DNA of 64,000 bases from NCBI GenBank assembly GCA_964016885.1, contig OZ024740.1:311550001-311614000 (forward strand), in the 5' to 3' direction. Under the pieces are notes generated by a model. That model made no database searches, was not told the origin of the DNA, and saw nothing but the letters and a program-made list of their open reading frames with translations. Both the position numbers and the translations under genes were made by a program. Positions 13,138 to 27,100 of the stretch are shown piece after piece. How positions within the stretch are numbered: position 1 is the first letter of the stretch; each line of letters opens with the position of its first letter. Source of the stretch: Eledone cirrhosa (Eukaryota).

Positions 13138-13272
13138 CTTGAGGTTATCATTAATGGTTGTGCCAAATGTTATATGAGCTTGATTTTCTACAAGAATATT
13201 CAAATAATCACCAGCTTTGCCTGTGATATTTATACCATATATCCATTGCCATTCTAATACACCCATAAATTC
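13138..13272 (-). CDS. GLB1: GH35 beta-galactosidase exon (GLB1 exon 14 equivalent)
   Basis: cttaacag|...|gtaaat; 135 nt; EFMGVLEWQWIYGINITGKAGDYLNILVENQAHITFGTTINDNLK versus human ...[41 protein letters not shown] (human sequence from memory). Confidence 0.93.
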
Positions 13273-13501
13273 CTGTTAAGAAAAACAAATGTGATTAACA
13301 TGATAGTCATATTCCTGTATATAAATGTTATGGGAGACAATATTTGACATCTTTCAGTATTATAACTTTCTCTCTTTCTCTCACTTACTCACTTTCCCAC
13401 TCTATCTCTTGTTCCAACACTACACAACAGTATACACATTAAGAAAGAAAAAAATATATTTCCCTCAAAGAAATTCTAGAATGTTCCTGAAAAGTTCTCA
13501 C

Positions 13502-13606
13502 CTGATTCACAGCAACATATGCTCTGTCTCGTACATCAGTGCTTATCAATGGCATCTGATGTACTGAAGATACAAGCTGGTGTCTGTATAATGTGAAGCC
13601 ATAATA
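13502..13606 (-). CDS. GLB1: GH35 beta-galactosidase exon (GLB1 exon 13 equivalent)
   Basis: ttgcag|...|gtgag; 105 nt; YYGFTLYRHQLVSSVHQMPLISTDVRDRAYVAVNQ contains the YGFxLYR and V[HR]DRAYV motifs. Confidence 0.93.
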
Positions 13607-14264
13607 CTGCAATTATAATATAGAATAATATATAAATAAATATAGAAATTATATCGATAAATACAATATTTATACTAATATAAGTACTCTGAATAAAAAC
13701 TGATGCAGGGTGGAGAGGACTCTTATGAACATCAAACGGTGATGATGATATATATATATATGTGCATGTATATACAAGTTTAAGTGAGTTGATAATACAA
13801 CCCTATAAAGGCAAAGAAAATGTTTTAAAGCTCAATGTGATTTTATCATCCACAGAAAGATAGGTAAAAAACAGTTCAGAGTTTAATCCAACAGGTAAAT
13901 TTCAAATCACAATAGTGTTTCAATCTCACAAAACATTAAGAACAAAGATTAGCAAGGATTTTAATTAAAGCATTTTAAAGATTTATAACTGTTTTGTTAG
14001 ACTAACAAGAATATTCCATTCCTGTTAGAATAATTCCTCAGAATTGATTCAATACAAATGCATAAATACTTTACATGTTCTAGTATGCCAGTGAAAGAAA
14101 AGAAAGTGAATAAACAATAGTATTCAAATATTGTTAAGAGAACGTTAAAATTTATGGAACCCTAAAGATGTAATCAAAAAGATGGGATAAAAAATAATGT
14201 TCAGCTATAGATATTTTATGAACTACCATGTATTGATACAAATATACTATACACTAAAATAGAG

Positions 14265-14410
14265 ATAGAGGTATACTATCAGGGACAGAGATCAATAATT
14301 GATTTTGTTATTGTCGCTGATCTCTTCGATTCTGTGCTGGATGTTCATGTTAAGGGAGGAGCTAAGCTGGCAACTGATCACCACCTAGTTATCTGCAGCT
14401 TGAAACTACC
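14265..14410 (+). mobile_element. LINE APE-domain fragment
   Basis: GQRSIIDFVIV...LATDHHLVIC. Confidence 0.6.
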
Positions 14411-14633
14411 TAAAGCCAAAGAAGCCCACAAAACTGATTATATAATTATATTGGTAGATGGCCCAAAATTTATAATTGGAATGAAGGGCAAACATTTCTT
14501 CCAGTATGATTTAAATTCAAAATGTAGCAATATAAGTGTAAAGATTCTAAGGGATTCAATTCAATTTCCTACAATTTCTGCTAACTTTACTTGAAATAAT
14601 GAAGAAAGAATGTTAGAAATTATTAAACTGTAC

Positions 14634-14723
14634 CAGTTTAAGATCTTCCATAGCAACAGTATACTTTGATTGGATTGGTCCATTTGGCATCAGGTGTGAC
14701 AGAAGGTCTAAGACAGAAGCTCC
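14634..14723 (-). CDS. GLB1: GH35 beta-galactosidase exon (GLB1 exon 12 equivalent)
   Basis: tttctag|...|gtacag; 90 nt; GASVLDLLSHLMPNGPIQSKYTVAMEDLKL resembles human ...[20 protein letters not shown]. Confidence 0.9.
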
Positions 14724-15999
14724 CTAGAAAATGAAAAATAATCAAAGTAACTTGTTACTGAAATAAAATAGTTATTTTCTCGATATATTATAATTGGTTT
14801 ATTCACTGCTAATTTAACAGGGAATAAAAAAAATGTGTATACTCTCAAATTCTCGGATATCAACTCTTTTGTAATTATAATTCCAGTAAAAAAAACTGTC
14901 CATATTTTTCAAATAAATTTTTAAGTAATTAAGAATTTAGAGGTGTTTATTAAAACAATAAACTTGTTTATTATTAAGCTGATACCTTCAGAACAATAGA
15001 TTGGCAACATGTTTTATGGTATAGTTATGACCTTTTACGTTCTGAGTTCAAATCCCGCCAAGGTTAGCTTTGCCTTTCATCTTTACAAGGTCAATAAAAT
15101 AAAGTACCAGTAATGTACTGGGTTGATTTGATTGACTTTCTCTCTCCAAAAATTTGTTGGCCTTGTGCCTAAATCAGAAACCATGATTAAGCTGGTTTTT
15201 GGAACATAATTTAACCTTTTTGATACCAAACTGCTTGAAACCATTCTTGGTTTTCTGCTAAAGCTGTTCACTTTAAAGTGTTTATATTTATCTAAAAACC
15301 TTTCATCATAATTTTATATGGGAACCTTTGTTAAGTTATATTTCAAACACCAGCTTAATAATGAGAAAGTTAGCCAAGTTATGCAATCCTTTCAAATTTT
15401 TTATTATTTTGAAAATAATTTGAAATTTATAGGCTTGTCTCTCATGTTAACAAAAGGGTTAACAAAAGATTCTTACATAACATTATGATGGAATGTTTTA
15501 ATTCAAACAAGAACAGTTTAAAACTGGAAGTTTTATATCAGAACCAGGCAGGCTGCTATCAAAAGTGTTAAACTAGTTTAGAGACATCTCTCCTTCTCAC
15601 CCAACTCATCCATCGTAGGTATAAGAGGATTGGTAGTGTGGGACATGAGTAATGATTGCGGTGCAACAGAAAAGGCTTCAAAGAATGGAAATGAGAATGG
15701 TTCAGTGTATGAGCAGAATATCTCTCAGAAGGTGATAGGAATAAGGCCAGTGATGAATGGTGTAAAAGTTAGTAAGTTACATTAATGTGACAAGAATTAT
15801 ATATATTTATGTAGAAATATGTTCATGTAGTACAACAATTTCCAACCATTTACCTTTGCAATCCATTTTGGTATATAATTAATCCTCTACAACTCATTTA
15901 AAAAAGATATATTCACATAGAAATATATACATATATAGATATATAGAGAAAATAAGTTATCTATGTAGTAAGTGCACTGGAGCAACAAACGCTCTCATG

Positions 16000-16505
16000 A
16001 AACAGAGACTGACTAAGTGAGAAATGGGTGGAAAAGGTTCAGGGAGCTACTATCCCTGTTAACTACAAAGGGTTGCTCACTCAGGATGAAAGGCAGATTG
16101 TATGATGATAGTATGAAAACTGTGATGTTGTATGGAAGTAAAACTTGAGCCTTGAATGCAGAGGATCTGTGGTGATTGGAGAAAAATGGGGCAAGCATGC
16201 TTTGATGGATGTGTAATATCAGTGTGCCTGAATGATGAAACATTAGTGGACTAAGAGAAAATCTGGGTATCAAAGGAATTGGATGCAGTATGCAAGAGAG
16301 AAGATTACGCTGGTATGGGCATTTGATGTGAATGAAGGATGACAGCTGCATAAAGAAGTGCAAGGCACTGAAAGTTCGTAAAAAGTACGAAAGAGGTAAA
16401 CCAAGGAAAACTTGGGATGATGTTGTAAAGGCTGACCTCACAGAGGAGATAAGACAGGACTGAGTTGACTGGTGATATGCTATGCTACAGAGGATTCACT
16501 TGCCC
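16000..16505 (+). mobile_element. Old RTE LINE 3' fragment
   Basis: [25 protein letters not shown] and GKPRKTWDDVV with many stops. Confidence 0.8.
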
Positions 16506-18053
16506 ACACAAGTAGAATGAAATGCACTTGGAGAAGATGGTTGTATAAAAGAAAAAACAGCAGAGAGATATAACAATATTTAGGCACCATTCCAACATAG
16601 AAAGATCGGCACACCTCCATGTACTGACAGATGGTGCTTGCTAACTCTCTCATTCAATGATATTTATTTCCCTCTGTCAATATGCCTCCCTCCCATCTCC
16701 CACATACATCACTATCTAACCTCCCTCTTCTTACACCTCCATCCCTTGTGCATGTCAGTATGGAAAGATGTCTCTCCCCATCCAATTAAGTATATTATCC
16801 TAATCTCTACTTATATCCCTAAATTCCCAGCTCCTTGTCCAACTGTCAACATTGAAAGAGGAGTACACCCAACAATATGCTGCCAAATATCACTCTTTAA
16901 CTTCCATTCTCTCCTATAGCAAGCAACAATATCATTCTTCTCCTCCCCTAGCCAGGCCAAGGACACAATGGGTGTTCTAGTGTTCAAAAGTAGTAGTGTT
17001 GATGTCACAATAAAATGCACCCAACAAACAATGTAAAGTGGTAAATGCACCCAGCTCACTCTGTAAAATGATATTGCTGGCACCACAATAAAAAGTATCT
17101 AGTTCACCCTATCAGGTGGTAGTGGGATGCCACAATAAAATGCACCCAGTACACACTGTGAAGTGGCAGGTTTTGAGAAGGGCATCCAGTCAAAGAAAGA
17201 GAACCAAAACTAGAACATATGAGCAAGACAATCTGCCTAACCCATGCAGAATGGAAAATAGATGTAAAACAGTAATGATGATGATTATGATGATAGAATA
17301 TATAGAAATACTCTATATTCATTTAGAAACAGAAATATATTTATATAGAAATATCCACGGGTACAAGCCAAATCTGAAGCATATAGACAGTATGCCTCCA
17401 CCCCCTCCCACTGTAAAGTGGTCGTATAAGTGTCATGACAAAAAAGCACCCAATCCAAAGTGTAAAGTGTAGGCACCATGATAAAAAGCACCCAGTACTC
17501 ACTGTAAATGAGGTTGGTGTTAGGAAGGGCATCCAGCTGTAGAAATCAAGCCAAAATCAGTTCTGTATGAGTAAGACATGGTCACCTGATCTGGCATTGC
17601 CCATAACAGGACAATTCGTCTAACCCTTGCTAGCATGGAAGAATAGACGTAAAACGGTGATGATGATGATGATCCATGTAGAAATATATTCACCTTGAAA
17701 TATATTCATATAGAAATATATTCATGCAGAAATATATTCATGTAAAAATATATACATGTACAAATATATTTATGTAGATATATATTGATCATTCTAAAAA
17801 TTAAATATACAAGTGAGACATGGTCACCGACCCATCTAGCAAGGCAGTTACTCTGAATAAGAACTGACTTGGGCCATAACAACCATGATGATGATGATGA
17901 TGATATCCATAAAGAACATAAAGAAATATATACCTCAAATATATTCCTAATCACTATATGTTAAAAAAGAGATGCTTTTTTTTTATTATGATTAATTTTT
18001 CAATAAATTAGTTTAATTTTAAAAATTTGTAAAAAAAAAAAAAATATGCTCAC

Positions 18054-18128
18054 CTTTTGAAGAAATAATTTGCCATAATTTCCCTTAGGTGTTGAAGTTG
18101 GAACAGTTGATGTTTTTGTCGGTAAATA
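18054..18128 (-). CDS. GLB1: GH35 beta-galactosidase exon (GLB1 exon 11 equivalent)
   Basis: ttttaag|...|gtgag; 75 nt, phase 0; YLPTKTSTVPTSTPKGNYGKLFLQK resembles human ...PPSTPKFAYGKVTLEK. Confidence 0.9.
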
Positions 18129-18884
18129 CTTAAAATAAAATGGAAAATAGACACAAAACAGTGATGACTATAACTGAGAAAATGTTTCCAATTGAAAATG
18201 TTACTGTCATTTTATATTCTCAGGAAATAAAATATAGAAAAAATTAAATAGCATCACTTTATATGGGATTATCTAAAATACTCATGTGCTTCCTGATTAA
18301 TAATTTATACACTGTAAATGTGGTTGGCATTAGGAACAGTATCTAGTTGTAGAAACTAAGCCAGAAACAGTTCTGTATGAGCAAGACATGGTCATCTGAT
18401 TTGGCATGTCTCACAACAGGACAACTCATCTAACCCATGGTAGCGTGGAAAAATGAGTGTTAAATGGTGATGATGATGTAAGGTGATTGCGCTGGTGTCA
18501 TGATATAAGACACCCAGTTCACGCTGGTGCTATGAAAAAAAACAACCTGTCCACCTTGTAAGGAGGCTGGCATTAGGAAAGGCATCCAACCATAGAAAAC
18601 CAAGGCAAAAACAGATTATATAAGCACGATGTGGTCACCTGATCTCTCTAGCTGCATAACATGACAAACCATCTAACTCATGTAAGCATGTTAAACGGTG
18701 GTGGTGGTGATGATGATGATGGTGATGATGGATGTTGATGGTGATGATGATGATGATGATGATGATGAATAATTTAGCAGTTCCCAGCCTGGTCCAGTAT
18801 CTCCTAAAATTTGTTCTTATCGACCTTGTCAAATACTTTATTATTCTTTCAATTACTATGAAGATTATCCTTCAGTTGGTTGAT

Positions 18885-19090
18885 TTGTCTTCAAATCACT
18901 TGGTGCTGCTCTCAACGAAGTCATGAAGCATGGTCTAGATTCTGCAGGCTTCCCCTCCCAGCTCAAGCTGGTAGAGCTGGACAGAGAGGACGGCAAATGG
19001 CCAGATAGCATGACCATCTTCCTGTTCTGCAGCGATAAACCCCTCATCTGGGATGCCACATGAAAGACACATTCCCCAGCAGCAACTTAT
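18885..19090 (+). mobile_element. CRE-clade retrotransposon endonuclease fragment
   Basis: GLDSAGFPSQLKLVELDREDGKWPDSMTIF...LIWDAT; homologous to 33850-34000. Confidence 0.75.
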
Positions 19091-19186
19091 CAAAGAACTC
19101 ATGTTAATGGCCTTTCCGTGAGTGACAGTAAATTAGATAGATTTCTAAAATAAGATATGTTGAACCTAAAATCTGTAAATACTTAC

Positions 19187-19302
19187 TTTGGAAATAACAT
19201 CTTTGATCATGAAATATTTAGGAGTAAGATCACCAGCTTCAGTTAAAGGAGCATCATAATCATAGCTAGTTGGTACTGATTTGTAAGGAGGATTGTTGGC
19301 AC
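19187..19302 (-). CDS. GLB1: GH35 beta-galactosidase exon (equivalent to human GLB1 exon 10)
   Basis: ttatcag|...|gtaagt; 116 nt, phase 1 to 0; translates [39 protein letters not shown], containing the GH35 motif [13 protein letters not shown]. Confidence 0.95.
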
Positions 19303-19886
19303 CTGATAATGGAGGAAAAATAACAATTTGCTTTGACTAGATGCAATCAACAGTTATATCCCCAATGAGGCCATTAAGGGATATAAAGAAAAGAAAAGCC
19401 ACTATGCCATCAGGGATAGTCACTGAGAGTTAAAAATATCCAATGAAGTGGGACTTGAGTTCATCACTTGCATAGTCAACCAGATAATACAAGATGCAAC
19501 AGTATAATCATTAATTGCTACAATATAATAATTAGTTGCTACAAGAGCAAAGGTGATGGTGTAGAATAGAGAAACTACAGAAGCACCAAACTGGTAGATT
19601 AAGGAATGCAAGAAACAGGAGTTTTAGCACAACTGATATAGTGTATCATAGGCAGGCTAGCAGAGAAAAGAAAATTTGAGTGTGGCAGATGCACAGGGGT
19701 AGTTAGCAGTAAGAGCACCAGTGAAATAAACTCTTTCCAACCCAAGGAATGAGTCAATAATTTCTGTTACTTAAATTACCTAATTAACAGTGGAGGCGGG
19801 TGCTCTGAAATCATAATCAGAATACTACCTGTGTTACCAAGAAAGGGATTCTCTCTCCAAGCAAAGGGTAGATTTTATGATGCTGT

Positions 19887-20086
19887 NNNNNNNNNNNNNN
19901 NNNNNNNNNNNNNNNNNNNNNNNNNNNNNNNNNNNNNNNNNNNNNNNNNNNNNNNNNNNNNNNNNNNNNNNNNNNNNNNNNNNNNNNNNNNNNNNNNNNN
20001 NNNNNNNNNNNNNNNNNNNNNNNNNNNNNNNNNNNNNNNNNNNNNNNNNNNNNNNNNNNNNNNNNNNNNNNNNNNNNNNNNNNNNN
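19887..20086. other. Assembly gap (200 N)
   Basis: Run of N. Confidence 1.
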
Positions 20087-20164
20087 TATATGTATATATA
20101 CATATATATATGTATATATATCTATATATATGATTATTATATTATATATATATATATATATATA

Positions 20165-20500
20165 TCTAAGGCGGGTAAAATTCCGAGATCGATGTCCCTC
20201 ATTATCGCTGCCTTGTTCTGCATATCCAACAGACCATGTGTCTGTCCTGAGGGCATCAACATAGCTTAACCTTGGTCTTCTTCTTCTAGTGTGTCCCATG
20301 TAGGGCTCCCAAAGGAGTACTGAGTGCAATGTCAACTCTGGATGTCGGGTGAGCATGTCCAGCTAACCTCAGTCTCCTCTGTGTGACTTTTGAGCTGACT
20401 TTTGGGATGCTCCCATACAGCTCTGAGTTTTTCATCCCTCAGTGTATACTGATAAATGTTCAGAGCCATCCTCAGCATTCTCGTGTAGCACCCATCCACC
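20165..20500 (-). mobile_element. RTE-type LINE 3' fragment (second family)
   Basis: DGCYTRMLRMALNI and HPELTLHSVLLWEPYMGHTRRRRPRLSYVDAL. Confidence 0.7.
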
Positions 20501-20597
20501 ATATATACATATAATATATATACATATATATAAATATATATAAATATATACATATATACATATATATATATACATATATATATATATTTATATATAT

Positions 20598-20711
<114 letters not shown>

Positions 20712-20823
20712 ATATACATATATTATATATATATCATACATATATATATATATGTATATATGTATATGTAATTCTAAGGACATGATTTATGATGTATATA
20801 TATATATGTATATATATATATGT

Positions 20824-20860
<37 letters not shown>

Positions 20861-20897
20861 GTATGTATATATATATAATATATATATGCATGTATAG

Positions 20898-20932
<35 letters not shown>

Positions 20933-20947
20933 GTATATATATATATA

Positions 20948-20983
<36 letters not shown>

Positions 20984-21109
20984 TATATATATGTATATAT
21001 ATATATGTATATGTATATATATATATATGTATATTCATATATATGTATAATATAATATATGTATATGTATATATGATATGTATATATATACATATATATA
21101 TATGTATAT

Positions 21110-21287
<178 letters not shown>

Positions 21288-21331
21288 ATATATATATATA
21301 TAGTATATATATATATATATATATATATACT

Positions 21332-21362
<31 letters not shown>

Positions 21363-21365
<3 letters not shown>

Positions 21366-21722
21366 ATATATAAGATCAAAAGATGGTTAAAAGAGTTCCA
21401 TGTATTATATTATGCGCATTTCAAAAACAAATATCATCATGCAATAACATTTGTGTTTTCACCAGATAAAATAGGAAGACATGATATGACGGTTAAAAAC
21501 ACTTGTGGATAGTGCAGTTTTAAATCAACATATAAAAAGTAGTTTTAGATTGATGTGTGATATCGGGGAAAAAAAACTTTTTTGAGCATAATAAAATACA
21601 TGGAACTCTTTTAACCATCTTTTGATCTTATATATTATGTATACTCCGGTCCTATAAACTGTAGAGTGCTTCTTATCCGATACTGCATTGCTTTATTGTA
21701 CTACAATAAAACTCACCTCCTA
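21363..21722. mobile_element. Penelope-like-repeat-type element with inverted partial duplication and degenerate hammerhead
   Basis: 21365-21413 is inverted at 21588-21637. The hammerhead at 21403-21473 (-) has core CTGGTGA (A6G). Same family as 60480-60655 and 62730-62990. Confidence 0.65.
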
Positions 21723-21729
21723 CATATAC

Positions 21730-21822
<93 letters not shown>

Positions 21823-21843
21823 CATATATATATATACATATAC

Positions 21844-21874
<31 letters not shown>

Positions 21875-21875
21875 C

Positions 21876-21924
<49 letters not shown>

Positions 21925-22173
21925 CATATACATATATATATATATACATATACATATATATATATATATACTTATACATATATATATACATATACATATA
22001 TATATATATATACATATATATATACATATACATATATATATACATATTTATATATATATACATATATATATACATATATATATATACATATATATACACA
22101 TATATATACACATGTATATATATACATATATATATACATATATATATATATACATATATATACATATATATAC

Positions 22174-22204
<31 letters not shown>

Positions 22205-22218
22205 CATATATATATACA

Positions 22219-22252
<34 letters not shown>

Positions 22253-22277
22253 CATATATATATACATATATATATAC

Positions 22278-22312
<35 letters not shown>

Positions 22313-22662
22313 CATATATATATAATATATATATACATATATATATACATATATATATATATACATATATATATATACATATATATATATACATATATAT
22401 ATACATATATATATACATATATATATACATATATACATATATATATATACATATATATATACATATATATATACATATATACATATATATATACATATAT
22501 ACATATATATATACATATATACATATATATATATATACGTATATACATATATATATACATATATACATATATATATACATATATATATATACATATATAT
22601 ATACATATATATATACATATATACATATATATATATACATATATACATATATATATACATAT

Positions 22663-22663
<1 letters not shown>

Positions 22664-22711
<48 letters not shown>

Positions 22712-23349
22712 ACGTTTAACGTCCGTGTTCCACGCTTGCATGGGTTTGGACGGGGGTTTTCCCACTTGAAGCAAGAGTGATTATCTTGCTCGCATAGGAC
22801 TATCTGGCGGGTTTTCTACAGCTGGACGCCCTTCCTAACACCAACCACATTTACAGTGTGGGCTGGGAGGTTTTTACCGTGTTGCCTACACGGCCACATT
22901 ACAGTGTGAACTGTGTGTTTTTTGTCGTGACACCTACACGATCTCATTTGTTTCGGCCTGGATGTTGTGGCACCAACATAAATTTACATTGAAAGGGGCG
23001 GTGTGGATGGGGTCGGGGTGGTGGGACGGGGGTGTATTTTGTTAGAGATGCCTACTGACTGTAGTAGGTTTTACTTTGTATTTAGGTAAGGCGGGTCTTC
23101 TCTATTACTGAGTACCGCCAAAGGTCTCGGTCCAGTGACATTGTCTTGGAGAGGTGTAAGCGTGTGAGGTCGGAATTTATCAGCTCGTCCCAGGTTTTTC
23201 TGGGTCTGCCTATTCCGTGGCTACCGTCTATCTTTATTGCCCTGCACTTTGTTATACAGCTATCGTCTTTCATGCGCATCACGTGACCATACCAACGTAG
23301 CCTTCTCTCGAGTAAACAACATCTGATCCCTCTTATTTCTAATTTTTTC
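22664..23349 (-). mobile_element. RTE LINE 3' end, same family as 3597-5997
   Basis: [25 protein letters not shown]...GRPRKTW, then 3' UTR and (GAT)n. Confidence 0.92.
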
Positions 23350-23737
23350 ATATATATACATATATATACATATATATACATATATATATACATATATATA
23401 TACATATATACATATATATATATATACATATATACATATATATATACATATATACATATATATATACACATATATATATACATATATATATACATATATA
23501 TATACATATATACATATATATATACATATATATATACATATATATATACATATATATATATACATATATATACATATATATATACATATATATATACATA
23601 TATATATATACATATATATATATACATATATATATACATATATACATATATATATACATATATATACATATGTATATACATATATATATATACATATATA
23701 TACATATATATACATATATATACATATATATATACAT

Positions 23738-23776
<39 letters not shown>

Positions 23777-23793
23777 TACATATATATATATAC

Positions 23794-23847
<54 letters not shown>

Positions 23848-23856
23848 ATATATATA

Positions 23857-24168
23857 CAGTTGTCCCCTGGTATTCGCTGGGGTTACATACTTAGAGCACC
23901 CGCGAAGAGTGAAAGGCTGTGAATATTGGACCTGGTCCATAAAAATGTCTATAAAAGTCAAAACATAACGTAAAATATAGGCTGGCAAATACAGTATATT
24001 TTTATTAATAATTTAACATTAAAAAACGTGGAAAAATATATATTGGCATGGAAAAAAGCCATTAAAAATTTGTGGTAGATATTTACGATTCCATGAATAT
24101 GCGGTCGTTTCCACGAACAATTATTAGTTAGGTTCTAATGAAAATTCCATGAATGCCGAGGGAACACA
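23857..24168. mobile_element. Tigger/pogo-type MITE
   Basis: TA|cagttgtcccctggtattcgc at the left end and a degenerate inverse gaatgccgagggaacac at the right. Confidence 0.55.
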
Positions 24169-27100
24169 CACATACATTAGTTGATCACTTCTAATCTTAC
24201 CAACTGAGGTGAATATGTTTCTTTGGAGAGATCTAACAAGATTGTAGCATGTCTGTTGCTTTTCACCAATTGATCTTAAAGACATGATCCACTCATCAGC
24301 ATTGATTGTCTTTATTTTCCAAAAATTTTGTTATCTGAAATTATTAGAGTTATCTCCCAGGTTCATTGTTTTTAGATTCTCCCTCCTCAGATGGAGTTTT
24401 TGTCTAGTAATTGCATGGATAATATCAGTTAATTAACTCACTATATTGCATATGTGGGATCTGATCATAATTTCACATTAAGTCCAGGTTACTTTTTCAA
24501 ATTGGGATATTTGAAGATTTTGAACATCTTCATTTATATAGCAAATTCCATTTCATATTGCTGCTATTTTGTAAATTGCTTTCAAATTTAAATATTTATA
24601 TTATAATTTATTTATTCAAAAGACAATGTGTTGAAGTGAATTATCAAATTCTTTCCTTTCCCTGAAAAATATTAAAAACAACAACATGGAGAGCTTAACC
24701 AAGAATGAAACCAATTGAGTATTACGGGTATCTTTTATAAATACATATCTTTAAAAAGAAACTGCTGCTGGAGATGTTATATGTGTAATTTATTTAATAA
24801 CTTGCCTTTTTTATTTTTTATTTTCCTTACTTTTCATAAATTATTTTTAATGTTGTGTCTCATTGGTAAAGCGACCCATCAACTGAAAATAATTTCATAG
24901 TAGGTATACTAGTTATACAAAACCACGAGACTAAAAATATTTGTGTTATAAAGCATTAAAGTCTCAGTTTATTCATATCGTAGATAATTTTAACATAAAT
25001 CTTTCATCTGCTATTTTTTGGACAGAAGTGCAATGGTGCAACCAAGAACTGAACCTTTGTTTTGTCTTTCTGCTTTTGACAAGTTTTAGCCACTATTTCT
25101 TCTAGATAACCCTTTGTAATTATTATCCATCTCCCATATTTGGTTGTGTGAAGAAATGTGACCTAGGGTATTGGGCTCATGATCATAAGGTTGTGCATTG
25201 TGACTTTCATGTTGCTCCAGTTCACTGAAAAAAGAAGTACACTGGTGTCCTATGTAGAAATTTTGTACTCAGTGATTATTTAACTCCACATGAAACCAGG
25301 ATAAGCTCCAAGCTGATGAGCCTCTAATCCTGAGAAATATTTTTAACCCTTTTGTGATTATTTCTAATGAAATACACTTTATTTCAACAAATTAATGAAG
25401 AATTTTGATGGATTTACTAAAATTATTAATTGATGTATTACAAAGATATGGTTCTTACATAAAATTATGCTTTAGATTTAAATAGGAACCTTTTAAAATG
25501 GCTAATTTTGTTTCATAGAACTATGGTTGGTTTTTGATGGGTTGGTATTAAAAGGGTTAATACTGTTAATGTTCTAAGGGGGAAAAAATCAAATAAACAC
25601 AACACCATGCACTTACAACTTCCATTTGCCAGTCTCCTTAAACCAATATAACTTACTACACAGTGATTAGAACTGTTAACTAAACATTAAACATTTGATC
25701 TCTGATTTCATTTCATCGTTGTATGAAAAGAATATATTTTTATTATCATGTGTGTATGTGGTTAATTTAAAACCAAGTGGATGGGGGACTTAGCAAAATA
25801 ATTTGCAGGATCATTTGTTTAATCAAGGTCATGTAAGTTTTTACCATTTTGCATATCAGATAGTCCAATGTTATGTCAAAGTTTACTCAGATGTTTGTCA
25901 TTTTCTACTTTTATATATTATTTAGTCAGAATAAGTGGGGTCATCATCTATATTTGCAGGCTCTCTCAGACTAGTGAAATTGATGTAGTTGATATTCATT
26001 TTGGACTTCTGTAACTTCATGCCTGTAAAGAATATGAGAACATGGTGGGAGCTCTAGGGAGTGACATTACCTGTATGTTCTGACTAATCTAAAAAAAAAA
26101 AAAAATGGAGAATTAAGACAGTTATTTTTATTTACTAAATAAAATAACTTTTTAATTTTAAAGCTGGTGGTTTGATCATAATTTAACTAAAGATGCATAC
26201 GTAAAATTATGGTAAAAGGTTCTAATTTATTTATGATCATTTTAAAACAGGAGGTTTTGTATCATAGAAGCTGAGACAGTTTGACATAGAAAGGGTTAAA
26301 AAAAGTGTTCAGTGTGATAGTTGATGGGCTTTTGAACCTTTTGATAATTATGTGCTTTGATATAATTGCTATTTTGATCAATGTATTTTTTCTTTCTTTC
26401 TTCTTTTTTTTATTTACTGAGCATTTTCCATTTGTTAAAAATATTCCAATTTTGTAGGATATATTTAATAATCTTTTCACATACAGTGATGTCCAGTTAT
26501 GTAAATATGACTATGCCAGCTGTCACTTAATATTAAAGCCAAGTTTAGTCTATCTGTTTGTATTGTTATATATTAATTATATTGTTGTTCATTGGCTAGC
26601 CTATATAGGAAATTACTTCTGTGTAGCTTTAGGTAGAGTTCTTTGCAGACAAAAACTAAAAGAAATAAATAAAAAATTGTACACATATGACTACTGTCAT
26701 TGATCAGTGAACTCATCATTGTTATTTATGATTCATCTTCAATTGAACTTTCAAATATATTAAGCACTATTTTATAACTTTGAGCCAGTTAAGATATTTA
26801 TACCACATGTTATAGAACCAATTGTTTTTCTTTCCTTGTTTTAGAAATTTTGCGTACATCAATAATGCTTTGAATAATAAAATGAAGATGCCAACATCAT
26901 TCTAAAAAATAAAATATATTTTGCACTGGGATAGTTGTTTAGTTCTAGGTCAGCTCAAAGAGCAAACCTGTTACCAGAGGCATACCAGCATTGTCCTCTT
27001 TTTCAGGCATAGTGTGTCTAGGATAACATTATCCAATGTGTCACTTTTTTAAAAGAGGTTAGGTAGTGATTTTAGAGACATTTAGCTGTTATTTTTTGTA

